A stretch of 62,950 nt of DNA, the filler included, from Olpidium bornovanus S191 (lineage: Eukaryota; Fungi; Olpidiomycota), in the NCBI GenBank assembly GCA_017911155.1. It is 28 parts of 28 records of this genome, joined end to end, with 100 filler letters (N's around TTAATTAATTAA, not from the genome) between each part and the next. Parts side by side here need not be neighbours in the genome. Positions count along the whole stretch, not along the records: positions 1 to 2,888 come from JAEFCI010007057.1; positions 2,989 to 7,774 come from JAEFCI010001645.1; positions 7,875 to 9,522 come from JAEFCI010010400.1; positions 9,623 to 11,464 come from JAEFCI010005248.1; 24 more parts are not named here. One strand, written 5' to 3'. Positions 1-11,464 of the stretch are shown here, piece by piece. Within the stretch, counting starts at the first letter, position 1, and each line of letters opens with the position of its first letter. The notes beneath the pieces were generated by a model, which was given only the letters and a program-made list of their open reading frames with translations, did not search any database and was not told the DNA's origin. Position numbers and translations under genes: made by a program.

Positions 1-342
1 CATGGTGGTGAACACCAGACTTTAGCTACAAGCTAGACGTGACGCCTGTGGGCAGCTCCGGCTATCGGTTTCTCCCTGACGCACTCAGTTTTTTACCATT
101 GCCTTACGTGAGCTAAACTCCTTCACAGACGCTTGTCGTTTTTAGCTGCTCAGGGTAATGTCCCTTCGATCGAGGAGGAGTGTTGACCTGGAAGATGCAC
201 TTTACGCCCGCCCCGCTAACCAACCAAAGGGCCACACGCAAACCGGAAAAAAAAAATTGGACGTTTCGTTTCGCCTGACTGCGCGCGCGCGCACTCACAC
301 ACACACCCCCCCCCCTCCACCGTCCCAAGCCACGTTTCCAAA

Positions 343-2366
343 ATGTCGGCAGCTGCCGGCGCCGACGCGGCTCCCGGCGGCGGCGCTCGCGGGAGTGCGC
401 GGCACGCGGCGACGGAGGGGAACGGCGACGGGCCGGGACGCCGCACGAGGAACAAGCTTGGCGACAGCAACAACGGCGCCGGCGGCAGCAGCAGCTGCGG
501 CAGCATTGGCAACGCCAACCTCAGCCGCCGAGTCGCCGGCGGCGGCGGCGGCGCAAGACGCAGCCGGCCCCAACAATTCGGGCCGGAACCCTTCGCGTCC
601 TCGTTCCGGTCCTTCCTGCCAGTGGCGAGCGACGACGACAACGACGAGGAAGACGATAGCGGCGGTGGGGCGGACGCCGGGCCGCCCGCCTCCGGCGAGG
701 ACTACCTGAGGTGGGTCAGGCGCCAGGCCGCCCGGTGCCCTGACGTCGTGACGGTGCCGCTCGACCGCAGCAAGGTCAGGAAGAGCACGCGCCCGCTGCC
801 CGGGAGGGAGGAGGAGGAGGGAAGCCGTGCCGCCGGGCCCCAGCGGGACACGCCGCCGCCGCTCCCGCCGCCCTCCGCGGAATGGGAATCGCGGTTCCTG
901 GAGGCCTTCCGGGAAAGAGGAAAAGTGCGTGACCCCTCCCCCCCCTCCCCCATTTCTCCCTTCTTATTTGTTAGCGTCTCCCCACCTCCCCGCCTCCACC
1001 CCCCCTGCTGAACTTGCCGCTATACCGACGCACTGGGGTGGAAAAAAAAGTCGTTGCGTCGGTACGTCTCCGACCGCGTGAACGAGGAGGACAAGTCGCG
1101 GGCTGGCCTTCCGGGGCCCAAGGACATGAACAGCTGGCGGTCGTTCCTGTACGGGCAAGGGAAGCCCTGCGGCACGAGCTGCCGCGGTTCCGAAAGGGAG
1201 CCGGCCGAGGACGGCGGCGGTGGCGGCGGTGGCGACGACGACGACCAAGGTCTGGTCGTGGCCGTGGACGGCGGCGAGGTTGGAGAACCGCCGGCCGCGG
1301 ACGGCGACGACCGAGATCCGGTCTCTGGGGAAGATGAAGGCCCGTGGGCAGATGGCCCGGACGAACGCGACGAGGGCGAAGAAGGCGCGGTTGGCGCGGG
1401 CGCGTCCGCTGCCGACGAGGAAGTGCCAGCCGTGGAAAGCCTAAGCGTCTCGAGCGCGTTGGACGACCGGTCCGCGTCCGGAGGGGCCCAACCCACCTTA
1501 CGCCTCTTGGCGAAATTCGATCAGGTGAGGGTGGGATTTTTCTTTCCCACTCCACACGCACACGCACACGCACACGCACCGACACACACACACACACTCA
1601 CTCACTCACTCACTCACACACACACACATACGCGTACCGGCCGGCTGTTTAGCCGCCGCCGCCGGGCGCTACCCGGGGTACCGCGCATTATTCTGTTTTA
1701 TCAAAGTTTTTGTTTTAGTTTTTTTTTTCGTTGTTCGCTAACCAGACCTCTTCCACCTCCAGAACATCTGTCTTAATATCTTGGACTTTCATGTGCGCTG
1801 GATAGCGGGAAACAGCGTGTCTGAACATCAGGTTCGGGCCTTTTTTGGAGCTTTGCGAGAGAGGAGAGCGAAAGGGGGGTGAGGGGAGTTGTGGGCCGGG
1901 TAACGCTTTTCCTCCGAATCTCTTTGGCGGGCGCACCGAACCACCCGTTTTTCCCCTCCAAAATACAAAAAAATAGGCGCGGTGGATTTTTGCGGTGCTG
2001 TCGCGGCTGGACCCGCTCCTGGAAGCGAGCGAAGTGGCTGTGCTCCGCGACCTGTGCAGGGAGTGCCTGAAATTGAGGGCCCGCTTGGTAGGCGCTCCGG
2101 TGTCGAGTCGTTTTGCGCTCGGTTGCGCTCTGAAAATCCGTACAGGCACCTCCCGGCGGGCGGTGGTCCGTCTGGAAACGGGGTACTGATCCCTCTTTTT
2201 GTACCTGTCCGCCCGCTTCCCCTACTTTGGGGGGTTTTTTTTTCTGGGTGTGCCTCGCCGGCAGTCCGACGCACGAGACCCGCAGCTTATCCTGGTGGAC
2301 CCGATAATCGCGATCATATCCGGCGTTTTCGGTCAGGCGGACCTGTCGCCTAGATACGGGACATAA
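343..2366 (+). CDS. GEMIN2: Gemin2/SIP1 (SMN-complex subunit, Brr1-like), multi-exon
   Basis: Motifs appear in Gemin2 order across GT-AG exons: YLRWVRRQAARCPDVVTV, PSAEWESRFLEAF, LPGPKDMNSWRSFLYG, PTLRLLAKFDQ, WIFAVLSRLDPLL..EVAVLRDLCRECLKLR, and terminal IIAIISGVFGQADL with TAA at 2364-2366. Confidence 0.85.
1555..1630. repeat. (CA)n/(CACG)n/(CACT)n microsatellite inside a GEMIN2 intron
   Basis: Directly visible, downstream of the GTGAGG donor near 1525. Confidence 0.9.
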
Positions 2367-2689
2367 AGCTGAGGAAAAAAAAAATTGACACCAACCCCCT
2401 ACCCGGCGCCAACCCATCCCGGCTTCGTAGTTGACGCAAGAGCCATCAAGGAACAGATTGGTCGCAGATTCTCACATCTCTAGTTGTTCAAAGTTTGATT
2501 TGCATTTTCCTTTTTTATAATGTCACTTTTTTCGACATTATCCACGCTGTATCTTTGTATATAAATATGTTCTGCGACACAGTCGATGTAATCATAACGA
2601 CCGGCGCCTGCGGTTGAGCGTCTATCGGGAGCGTCCTGCAATCTACTCATGCCGACAGCAGCCTTTCGGACGACGTCGTGCGGAAAACA

Positions 2690-2888
2690 TAGGCCGTGGT
2701 GTGGGGTACCGGCCAGGTAGCGCATGATGCGTTTTAACACCGCCCAGTGAACCGGATCCGGATTTGCCATGAACCGCGACAAAAAGCTCACTGCCGTTGT
2801 GATGTCCGGCCTAGTTCGGGTCGCCAGGAAGTTTAGAGAACCAAGGAGTTGGCTGTACCGGGCCTTCTCCGCCTCAGACGCGACACCC
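2690..2888 (-). mobile_element. Ty1/copia reverse transcriptase C-terminal fragment (decayed)
   Basis: Minus-strand translation YSQLLGSLNFLATRTRPDITTAVSFLSRFMANPDPVHWAVLKRIMRYLAGT matches the copia RT motif TRPDI..AV..LSRF..P...HW.A.KRILRYLKGT. Confidence 0.9.
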
Positions 2889-2988
2889 NNNNNNNNNNNN
2901 NNNNNNNNNNNNNNNNNNNNNNNNNNNNNNNNTTAATTAATTAANNNNNNNNNNNNNNNNNNNNNNNNNNNNNNNNNNNNNNNNNNNN
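2889..2988. other. Artificial contig spacer (44 N + TTAATTAATTAA + 44 N), first of 27
   Basis: Identical 100-bp spacers start at 2889, 7775, 9523, 11465, 14391, 16222, 22162, 23312, 24902, 26022, 27727, 29802, 31869, 34278, 36265, 38511, 40810, 41951, 43110, 47176, 48378, 50007, 52387, 53509, 54959, 59164 and 61665. The 12-mer gives stops in all six frames. Confidence 0.98.
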
Positions 2989-3135
2989 CATGACGGGCGC
3001 AAACGTGGCGCCGAAATCGACGCCTGGAATTGGCCGTATCCTTCCGGCCAGACCTGCCTTGCGCCTGTCGACAGGACCATCTGCGGTGACCTTCGTCTTG
3101 AATACCCAATTGCAGCCAATGTTTTTGTCCAGCCG
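2989..3135 (-). mobile_element. Ty1/copia reverse transcriptase N-terminal fragment (decayed)
   Basis: Minus-strand NIGCNWVFKTKVTADGPVDRRKAGLAGRIRPIPGVDFGATFAPVM resembles copia GCKWVFKIK..DG.IERYKARLVA.G..Q..G.DY.ETFAPV. Confidence 0.8.
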
Positions 3136-3430
3136 GGGGACGAAGGGAGGGCGGGTGTCTCAAGTGCCGTGCGCAGCGTATATAATCATACATCTACCGT
3201 TCGCGCAAATCCACACCATTGAACACGCCGGGGTCTCCGTCAATGTTGGCCCATAATTGACGGCCGCACGGCAGCCTCGCCCGGTGTGGGGGCGAGGGGG
3301 GGGGGCCGCCTTAAAAAATTGCAGACGGCGCGCCCGGCGCCGTCGCCCCCACCCCCCCCCCCCCCCCTCCCCCGTTTTTTGCGTGAAGGCTTTCCCGTTC
3401 GCTTTTGTTCCTCCCCGCGAGAATTTTATG

Positions 3431-3465
<35 letters not shown>

Positions 3466-5000
3466 CTTTCACCGCATTCACAACCAAACAAGGAAAAAAA
3501 AATCTGCTTTTTTTCGATGCGCGCTTTTTTTTTTTTTTTTTTTTTTTACCTTACCTCGGGGAGCGCCCTCGCTTGCTGCCGGACCGTGTCGACGCGCGCG
3601 GGGCAATTTGGACGAGACCGCCCGATCGCCGCGGGCAGCGTGGTCGGCAAGCACCCGTACAGCTCGACGACCGCTTGCCAAGCTGTCCCCGCGCCGACCC
3701 CCGAGACCCCCGTTCATGCAAAGTTTAAACGCACATTACGGTCTCAGCACTTGATCTGGCAGGACAGCTCTCCCTTGCTTTACTCGGCACGAATGAAACA
3801 CCTCCCTTCCCTCTCGCTCCCTTCCCCCCCCCCCTCTCACTTTATGACAATCTGGCGTACGATTCCGAAAAATTTGACCCGAGAGTCACGCGCCACTTCA
3901 AACTTCCCCCAACCCCACTTTCCCCCTTCCCCCCCAGAGATTTAAAAAGCATCGGGAAAATGAATTTTTTCGAGCGCGGTGCGGGATCGCCACTAGGCGG
4001 GGGGGGGGGTTCCCGTGCGTTCGTCAAATCACGGGGACCGACGAAAGGTCGTGTGGGGGGGGGGGGGGGGGGGAAAACGGAGAGGATATGTTCAAATTCG
4101 CGGGATTCGATGGATGGAGGGAGATTCGTCGGGACGGCGGAAGAAAAAGTGTTCATGAAACGCGCGAACGTTCGTTCTCCTGCCGGTCATGAACAGCCGC
4201 GCCAACGGCCACACGCGGCCCGACACGTTAACTCCTGCGGCCCCGTCTTGTCGGGTCAAGCGTAGCCCGCAAAGTATGTTGCTTCGGTCGCCCGCCGGCG
4301 GCCCGATCACACGCGCTCAACCGCTCGAACGCGCGAAAGTGGGGGGAATGTTTGCGCGGCAAGGCAAATCGGCGGCCGCATCTTCTAAGCCCATGCCTTT
4401 GCAGCACCGGTTCCTCCTTGGACCGCACACGACGGGTCACGTGATCATCAAACCGGCGGCGCGGTCCGGCCGCCGCCCTCCCACGCGCAGAACAGCAGCC
4501 AAAGGAAAGAAGAGAGCGAAAACCGCACGCACGCACACCATCTTTTTTTTCGCACGTGTATTGTTTTTTTTTTTTTTTTTCGCGCGGGGCGCAAAAAAGA
4601 AAGAGGTAAAGGACTGCGCCGGAGCCGTCCGCGCATTCCGAAAGTTCTTTTGTTTGGTTTTCTGCCGAGCTCGCGCTCCTTGTTCGGCGCAGCAACCCGC
4701 ATACTCCTCCAGCCCCGCCCCCGCCCCCGGCTCTTCCCGAAGACAGAAAGAGAGAGAATCGAGAGACGCCGCCGGGCAGCGAGCTTAACGTATTCCGGCC
4801 GCGACCGTCATTCAGAGCGCGTTGTGCACGTGTCGACCGACGCGGTGACGACGCATCCGACGTCAGGCGTCGTGTCCGAGCCCCGGTCGCCGGCGGCGGG
4901 TCACCCTGGAGTGAGGCTCATTTTTCCGGGCGCCCCATCCTCGCAACCGGATCGGCGACCTTGGGAGATAGTAAATTGCTGGCCGAAAAACGATGCCGAT

Positions 5001-5245
5001 GCACACACGATGCCGAATTTCCGCCAGTTCATATTTTTTAAACGTGTTCCCCTATGAAATGCTTCTTATTAGGGCGGATCCTGTGACAGTCGGCTTTTCT
5101 GGCCAAGCGCCTTTTACCGCCAGCTGACGGTGGACGGAACACCTGCCCGTTGCCGGCGGTCACAGGATCCGCCCTGGGGAGACGCATTCCGTAGCGGAAC
5201 ACGTTTAAGACATATGAATTGGCGGAAATTCGGCATCGTGTGTGC
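5001..5245. repeat. Long inverted repeat / fold-back: 87-bp arms (76/87 identical, ungapped) with a 71-bp spacer
   Basis: 5001-5087 aligns to the reverse complement of 5159-5245, with the outer 25 bp and inner 17 bp perfect. Confidence 0.93.
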
Positions 5246-5422
5246 TGAAGGGTCCAGCTCTCGACAAGTAACAAGCGCCTACCCGGATGGTGGCCACGCC
5301 TCTGGGTCCCTAGGGCTTCTCGCAGCCGACTTGCGGAAATCAGGTGGCAACCAGGAAACGGACGCGATAGCCAGACGCGGCCGGCGGTCCGCCAGATTTG
5401 CGCCAACGACATCGTGTGCTGA

Positions 5423-5690
5423 GGCACAGGGCAACCATCTCGGAACCTCTACGGCTTCTGGTGTCAGCTCCAGGACGAATATCGACCGTCTTGGCTACGG
5501 TTGCCGTCCGGCGGGACAGCCACGTCCCCTTGGATATTGGGCGGGTGGCTGCGGCACAGGTCAACCATCTCGGAATCTCTACGGCTTCTGGTGTCAGCTC
5601 CAGGACGAATATCGACAGTCTTGGCTACGGTTGCCGCCCGGCGGGACAGCCACGTCCCCTTGGATATCGGGCGGGTGGCCACCGGCGCCG
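5423..5690. repeat. 130-bp tandem duplication (2 near-identical copies)
   Basis: CAACCATCTCGGAA...GGGCGGGTGGC starts at 5432 and again at 5562. The period is not a multiple of 3. Confidence 0.92.
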
Positions 5691-5984
5691 GCACGGGCTC
5701 GTCGCATTAGGTGGACGTCGACTTCATTGCAGTAACCTCGGCGCCGTCCGGCTGGGGATGATCCCGCCGACCGGTTGAGGTGAAACGGTTGGTAAATCAG
5801 AACACCCTTGACGTCAACCCGCGCAAATCAGTGCGGGCCTCCCTCGACCGCACGGAGCAAAAGCGACATGCCAGAGGGGGTATGACGTTAAGCTGATTTC
5901 TCGTGTGAGCGAATTGTACTGGTCTATTCGGAAATCATTAACGGGGATGCGCGTGATGATAATAGAAAGATCATACCGCCTATT

Positions 5985-7740
5985 CTATTTCCGGAATTTA
6001 GCTTGAATGAACAAACGCTCCATGCTGGATTGCTGCTTCCGGTTTTCGACGACCTGCCGGATCATGTCCACAGACACGGTGGTGAAGCCGGCCGATTCGA
6101 ACATGTTCCTGAGGTATTCTGCTCTCGGCAAAGAGAAAAAAAGAAAAACAGAAATAAGAGAGAGCAAACGAGACCGACTAAGCAGCCATCTCCGGCGAAG
6201 TCGCCGATTCGTCTCCGCTAGGCCGTACGGCACCAATGCAGAATTCGAACCTTTGCTGAAAAAATACCTGTTTTTTCGGAACGCCGAGCTTTAGTCGTCC
6301 GCGCATCGCAACATCGGCGCAAAAAGCCACAGAAAGGACGTTCGGGGACAAAACCAACGATAACGTCCCGTCTTGTCGAACGTAAAGGTTTTCGCCCAAT
6401 TTCGATCGAGCCTTAAACCTCAGGTGGGCTTGGTCGTACTGCGCATAATCGCGGAAAAGCACGCAGCCTCCGTCCTTCAACACCTGCGGCGATGACAACC
6501 GTCTCGTTACCAGATGCAGTCCGGAAGCCCCGGTTCCATCTCAAAGTGCTGTTTTCCGTGGACCGCTAATACACCCCCCCCCCCCTTTCCTTTCCTCCCC
6601 TTCTCCAAAAAACACCCCCTCCGCACCTCCTTGATGTTCCGGATGGCCCCGGGCATCTTCGACGGCGGAATAGCCGAGAAGACAAATATAGCAGAGACCA
6701 GGTCCGCCGACCCCGGCGGAACGCTATCTGCGAGCCTGTCGGCGGTCAGGTCGCAGACAAAAGCGTTGGCGCGGTCAGTGGTGTATTTCGGGTTCGCCTG
6801 CGCAGCCGCACACGGTCGAAAAGAGTACCGTGAAAGTACGAGCAAAAAAGAAACGGCATTAAATTGGGCAGCATGATGCGAAATAATTGGGATTTGCGGC
6901 CGAGCTCGTGCGAATTGGGGGAGAGGGGGGAGGGGGGTGGGGGGGACCACAAAAGCGGGACGGCAGTTCTTCCCCAGTCGGGAGGGAGGGGGGGGGGGAC
7001 GGCCAAACTCACCGTCACGAACTCCACCGCTCGCTTCGAAAAGTCGCAAGCGTGCACAAAGAGGTTCGGGTTCTTCTCCAGCAGGGGCCAAATGAAGTTC
7101 CCGACGCCGCACCCGACCTCCAGGACCACCTGGGGGCGACAGCGAGAGGTCCGCGCGCGGGAGTTTCGAGGCGCCGAAAAAATAAAGAAAAGGCCGGGGA
7201 AAGAAAGGTTCGCGGCGGGGGGAGCGCACGGGGATTTCCGCGTAAAGACCAGTCCCACGGGGAAGGGAGAAAGGAGGAAGGGGGGGAGGAAGGTCGCAGC
7301 GGGGGGACGGGGACGCGCACCTTCCGCTCGGACGCCTTGCCGTCGTCGCACAGCTCCTGGAACTCCTTGTCCGTCCAGTGCCGGTCGCGGAAAAAGCGGG
7401 TCTCGTTCCGCTTGTAGAACAAGTCCCTGAGGGGAGGGAGCGCAGGGCAGGGAACGGGGGGAAGGTGGCGCGCCTTTTCAGCAAGAACATAACAGAAAAA
7501 AAAAACAACGGCAACGGCAACGGCAACGCACCAGTTCTTGGCGGCCTCATTGACGTATTTGCCTCGCCAGAACGGCGGCACGGGGGCGGCGGCGGCGGCG
7601 GCGGCGTCCTCCCCGGCGAGGTGCGCCCTCGCCCTAGCCTCGAGGCGGAGGAACTCCGGGTCGGACTCGCAGATGACCCCGGGCGCAAGCCGGCCGTCCT
7701 CGGCCGCGGCGTCGGCGGGGGGAGAGGGGGCGGCGCTCAT
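5985..7740 (-). CDS. METTL6: tRNA 3-methylcytidine methyltransferase (METTL6/Trm141-like; METTL2/Trm140 family), multi-exon
   Basis: [25 protein letters not shown]-binding [59 protein letters not shown]-terminal [11 protein letters not shown]. Confidence 0.92.
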
Positions 7741-7880
7741 GGCGCCTGGAAGGGGGGGGGGGGGGGGGGGGGGGNNNNNNNNNNNNNNNNNNNNNNNNNN
7801 NNNNNNNNNNNNNNNNNNTTAATTAATTAANNNNNNNNNNNNNNNNNNNNNNNNNNNNNNNNNNNNNNNNNNNNAGTGAG

Positions 7881-7926
<46 letters not shown>

Positions 7927-8141
7927 GAGGTGCATGCAAATGCAGAGAAAGTGTTTTTAAGAAGCGATTTCATGCTGGAGGAGACACGATGAGGGGACAA
8001 GAAAAAAACAAAATTCACACAGGGCAGGACAAAAAAACTCAAGGCGACGGCCAAACGGCGGTGCCGCCGTTTGCCAGCGCCTCTCGCACGGGGGTTTCGC
8101 CGCCGGCGTCGGTGGCCATCGGCTCGGGCTCAGGCTCGACC

Positions 8142-8398
8142 TTAGTCTCCGGTTGCTACAGGCGGGGCGCCGGCACAGACGAAAGTCAGGCCCGTAATCA
8201 GACACGAAAACCGCCCGGGGTCAAACAAAACAGGGTTGCCACCCGCACCCACCTCCGGTTTACGCCCCTGACTCGCTCGGGCGGCGGCTGAGCCGGCCGG
8301 CACATCTTCCTTCACTTCTGCACAATGTTCCGCTGGTGGCGCGATCTCGGCCGGCCGGAGCACCACCCCACACTCCTCCTCCTCTTCCTCCTCCTCCT

Positions 8399-8434
<36 letters not shown>

Positions 8435-9509
8435 CATCATCCTCGTTCCCGTTTTCCATTTTCACCAACGGTTCCCGCACTGCTGTTTTGGGTACCCCCC
8501 CGCTAACCTCCCTGTACTCCGAAGCCGGCCAGAGCACCGGCCCCGCGGGCCGGATGACCACGCCGCTCTCCTCCTCGACTTCCTCCTCTTCCTCGTCTTT
8601 CATCTGCTCGCCCTCATCGTCCTCCGCTCTTGCCGCCTGCGGCATCTCGTCGTCGACCGGAACCTCCGCAGCTGAAAACGAACGCTCGACCGGAAAAGCC
8701 GGCGCAGCGGAGGCCTGCGGAGAACGCTGCTGTTGAGGCGGTGAATGCGGCGGCGCTTGAATAGCTGGCGGCGCAGAGAGCCGAGGAGAGGCGGAGGTTT
8801 CATTCGCAACCCGCGGCTCCGACGTGGCACGTTGCGACGGCGCCTCTGACGGGCGAGGAAACGGGCGCAAGACCGGCGGAGTGGACACCAAGGTGGGTGC
8901 CGTCGGCGGCGAATACTGAGACGCCAGCGGCCGGCCAATGGGAGGCGGAAGGTGCGAGGGTTGAGAATGGAGCACGCCTGGCAGAACGGCCTCCGGCCCT
9001 GCCGGTAGGCTTGTCTCCTGCGTCGGCGCCGTCGGCGGCTGCGGCAACTCGGCCGGCGGAGTCCGCGGGCGCGACGGAGGCGTAAAACGTCGTGGAGACG
9101 GAGGAGTCGGCGTCCGCGAAGCGGAGAGCGACGATGACTGCGGCCGCGAGGGAGCCTGTCGCGCCGGTAAGTGCGCTCTGGCCTCCCGTGGCGGGCCCGG
9201 CGGCGGAGCCACGGCTCGAGCGCCATTCTGCGGATCGGCATCGGCCTGCGGCGACGGAGTCTGCTCGTTGTCCTCACCGCCGGCCGCCGCGAATGCGGGC
9301 GCAGTTCCGGCAGCAAATTGCGACAGCTTCTTCTGCGACCGCGTGCTCGCCTTCTTTGCCTCCTTCTGGCCGCCGGATTTCCTGCGGTGTGGAGAGGACT
9401 GCATGACAGACGGCGACGGCCGAGAAGACGACAGAGGCTGTCGTGCAACGACGTCGACTGCGAATCCCGCACCAGCGGCAGAAGATGTCCGCGAATGAGA
9501 GACGGACAC
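8142..9509 (-). CDS. Hypothetical Pro/Ala/Ser-rich protein with acidic tracts (probably partial)
   Basis: 455-codon ORF filling a 1.6-kb contig, with two related E-rich blocks each followed by GVV(I/L)RPA. No family recognised. Confidence 0.5.
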
Positions 9510-9736
9510 ACGGCAGCTCGCCNNNNNNNNNNNNNNNNNNNNNNNNNNNNNNNNNNNNNNNNNNNNTTAATTAATTAANNNNNNNNNNNNNNNNNNNNNN
9601 NNNNNNNNNNNNNNNNNNNNNNCATGCCACTAATGGGCTCAGCTGTCTGGCATTTCCGCCACCCGTCTTCCAAAACCTTTCCCTTATTGCTCGAAAAACG
9701 GTTTGTGGGATATATAAAGTCATCTGGCAGCCTTAC

Positions 9737-10652
9737 CGATTCCGTCAGCCAGGCCAAGGGAACACGACGCTTCGACAGACCCAGATACGCTTACGACCCG
9801 GGTCTTGCACTTCCCAACGACTCCGTTTAAGGGTAGGTTTCCGGCAACTTCTTCGCCAAGTTTTTCAAAGTACCGAGAGGCCAGATTCTCAAAACTGGTG
9901 GCAACCTTCTTCCCGAGCAGGTCCCGCGGTTCCTTGTAAGGGGAAGAGACCGGCACCTGCAAGCAAAGCCTGCACTTGCCGAAGCCGAGCTTAAGCACCT
10001 CGTCGACGTTGCCTACGGTGTCCTCGCCGGCCTCCGCGATCACGTCCTGCCCTGTGATGCCAAGGTCAATGTTCCCTTCCCCGACAAACTTGGCGATATC
10101 CGCGGCGGGTAGGAACACCAGCGCGATAGGCAGATTGGAGGAGAGGGCAATGTCGATCCGCGACTTGCGGTGAAACTGGATATCCGCCCCGGCAAGCAGC
10201 TGCAGGGACTTCTCGTGGAGGCGGCCCTTCTGTTTTCGCGAAAAGTGAAAGTTCCGGGAGAGGTGAGGACAAGGTTCCCAAGGGCAGACGATCAAAAAGG
10301 AACGCAAGAGAACGACAAGGAGGGTGGCGAAAGATGGAACACGGCGCCCACGGAACGCCTCCCAGCACAAGGCTCGTTGAGACGCGGCGAAGTGGGATTG
10401 AGGAAGCGAGTTGGAGAAACTAGGCGGTACCAAATCGGCGGAAAACCAGGGATGGGCAGGATCGCGGCCCGTACCGCTCTGGAAGCAATCTCCCGTTCTC
10501 AGGAAGCGCCGCCCAAACTTCTTTTTTTTTTCCCCATCCTTGACGGTTCTTTTCTTTTCCTTTTCGTTCCTTCCGCGTTATCGCGGCAATGGCTTTCTGT
10601 TTACCTTTGGCACCGCGAAAAGCAGCCGTCCGTCCAGGTCGGAAACGTCCAT
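9737..10652 (-). CDS. HIS1: ATP phosphoribosyltransferase, 3' part missing
   Basis: Exon 1 (10652-10605) MDVSDLDGRLLFAVPK. Exon 2 (10229-9737) KGRLHEK...FLPAADIAKFVGEGNIDLGITGQD...LGFGKCRL...VATSF...SGSVEASCSLGLADGI. Confidence 0.95.
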
Positions 10653-11019
10653 CTGGCAACAGGGAGTGTGGTCTTTGCACTTGGACTTGGCCCCCTGCAT
10701 AACATGTCGCGTCCACCGCGTCGTGAGCTTCTCCCACGCTCAACCACGTCCCTCGCCTCGCAGCTAACTGGGGTGGGGTCCGTGTTCCTCCGGGAGGGTG
10801 CTGTCTGCGCGGTCTCCTGCGTGCGCCGCCGCGGCTCTCTGGCAACCCCGCGCGCGCGCTCTGGAGGGGCGTGGGGGGCCGGTCGTCTCTGGGCTTAGCG
10901 CGGGCGGCGGCAGCGGCGGCTCTCCGACTTCCGTTGCCTCGCAAGCGTGCCGCACGCAAGCGGAGCAGCCGAAAACCGAGAACGAGCACCCTTCTCTCCT
11001 ATGTTCCTATGAAAAAAAG

Positions 11020-11464
11020 TAGTGCCCTGCAGGTACCGGGGAACACGCTTGAAGGCCAGCCAATGGACCTCGGCGAGGTTGCCCATGAAGCGTGATAGAA
11101 TATTAATGGCGGTTGCAATGTAAGGCCTGGTATTGACAGACAAATGCAATAGAGCCCCAAGGAGCTCACGGCAGCGCTTCACTTCGGCGGACGATGCCAT
11201 GTCGGTGCGCGGCGCAAGCTGCTGGACGGCGCCGACTTTGAACGGGGTAGAGACCGGGTGACAGTTTAAATAATGAAAACGTTCAAGGATATTCTTGATG
11301 TACACAGATTGATCCAGATGGATGTTGCCATTGTCATAAATAACATGCATCCCGAGCCGTTGAGTAAGAATTCCGCCAAAGGTTGATATCAAACGTCTTT
11401 GCGAGGAAATTCTTAATTGATTTCAGATGAGATTCTCCTAGACCGGCGAGAATAATATCATAAA
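11020..11464 (-). mobile_element. Ty1/copia reverse transcriptase fragment (frameshifted)
   Basis: LDQSVYIKNILERF...CHPVSTPF...RELLGALLHLSVNTRPYIATAINILSRFM....HWLAFKRVPRYLQGT. The DIILAG-like segment upstream is in another frame. Confidence 0.9.

Noticed and set aside
1500-1776. His/Thr-repeat C-terminus on ORF 1054-1776
   Set aside because: This is read-through into a GEMIN2 intron containing a CA/CACT microsatellite (donor GTGAGG near 1525).
7751-7925. Long poly-G/poly-C runs near contig ends (also 11565, 16350, 27600, 27830 and 41900) as G-quadruplex elements
   Set aside because: Their lengths are unreliable: they coincide with assembly breaks and may be sequencing artefacts. No defined repeat unit.
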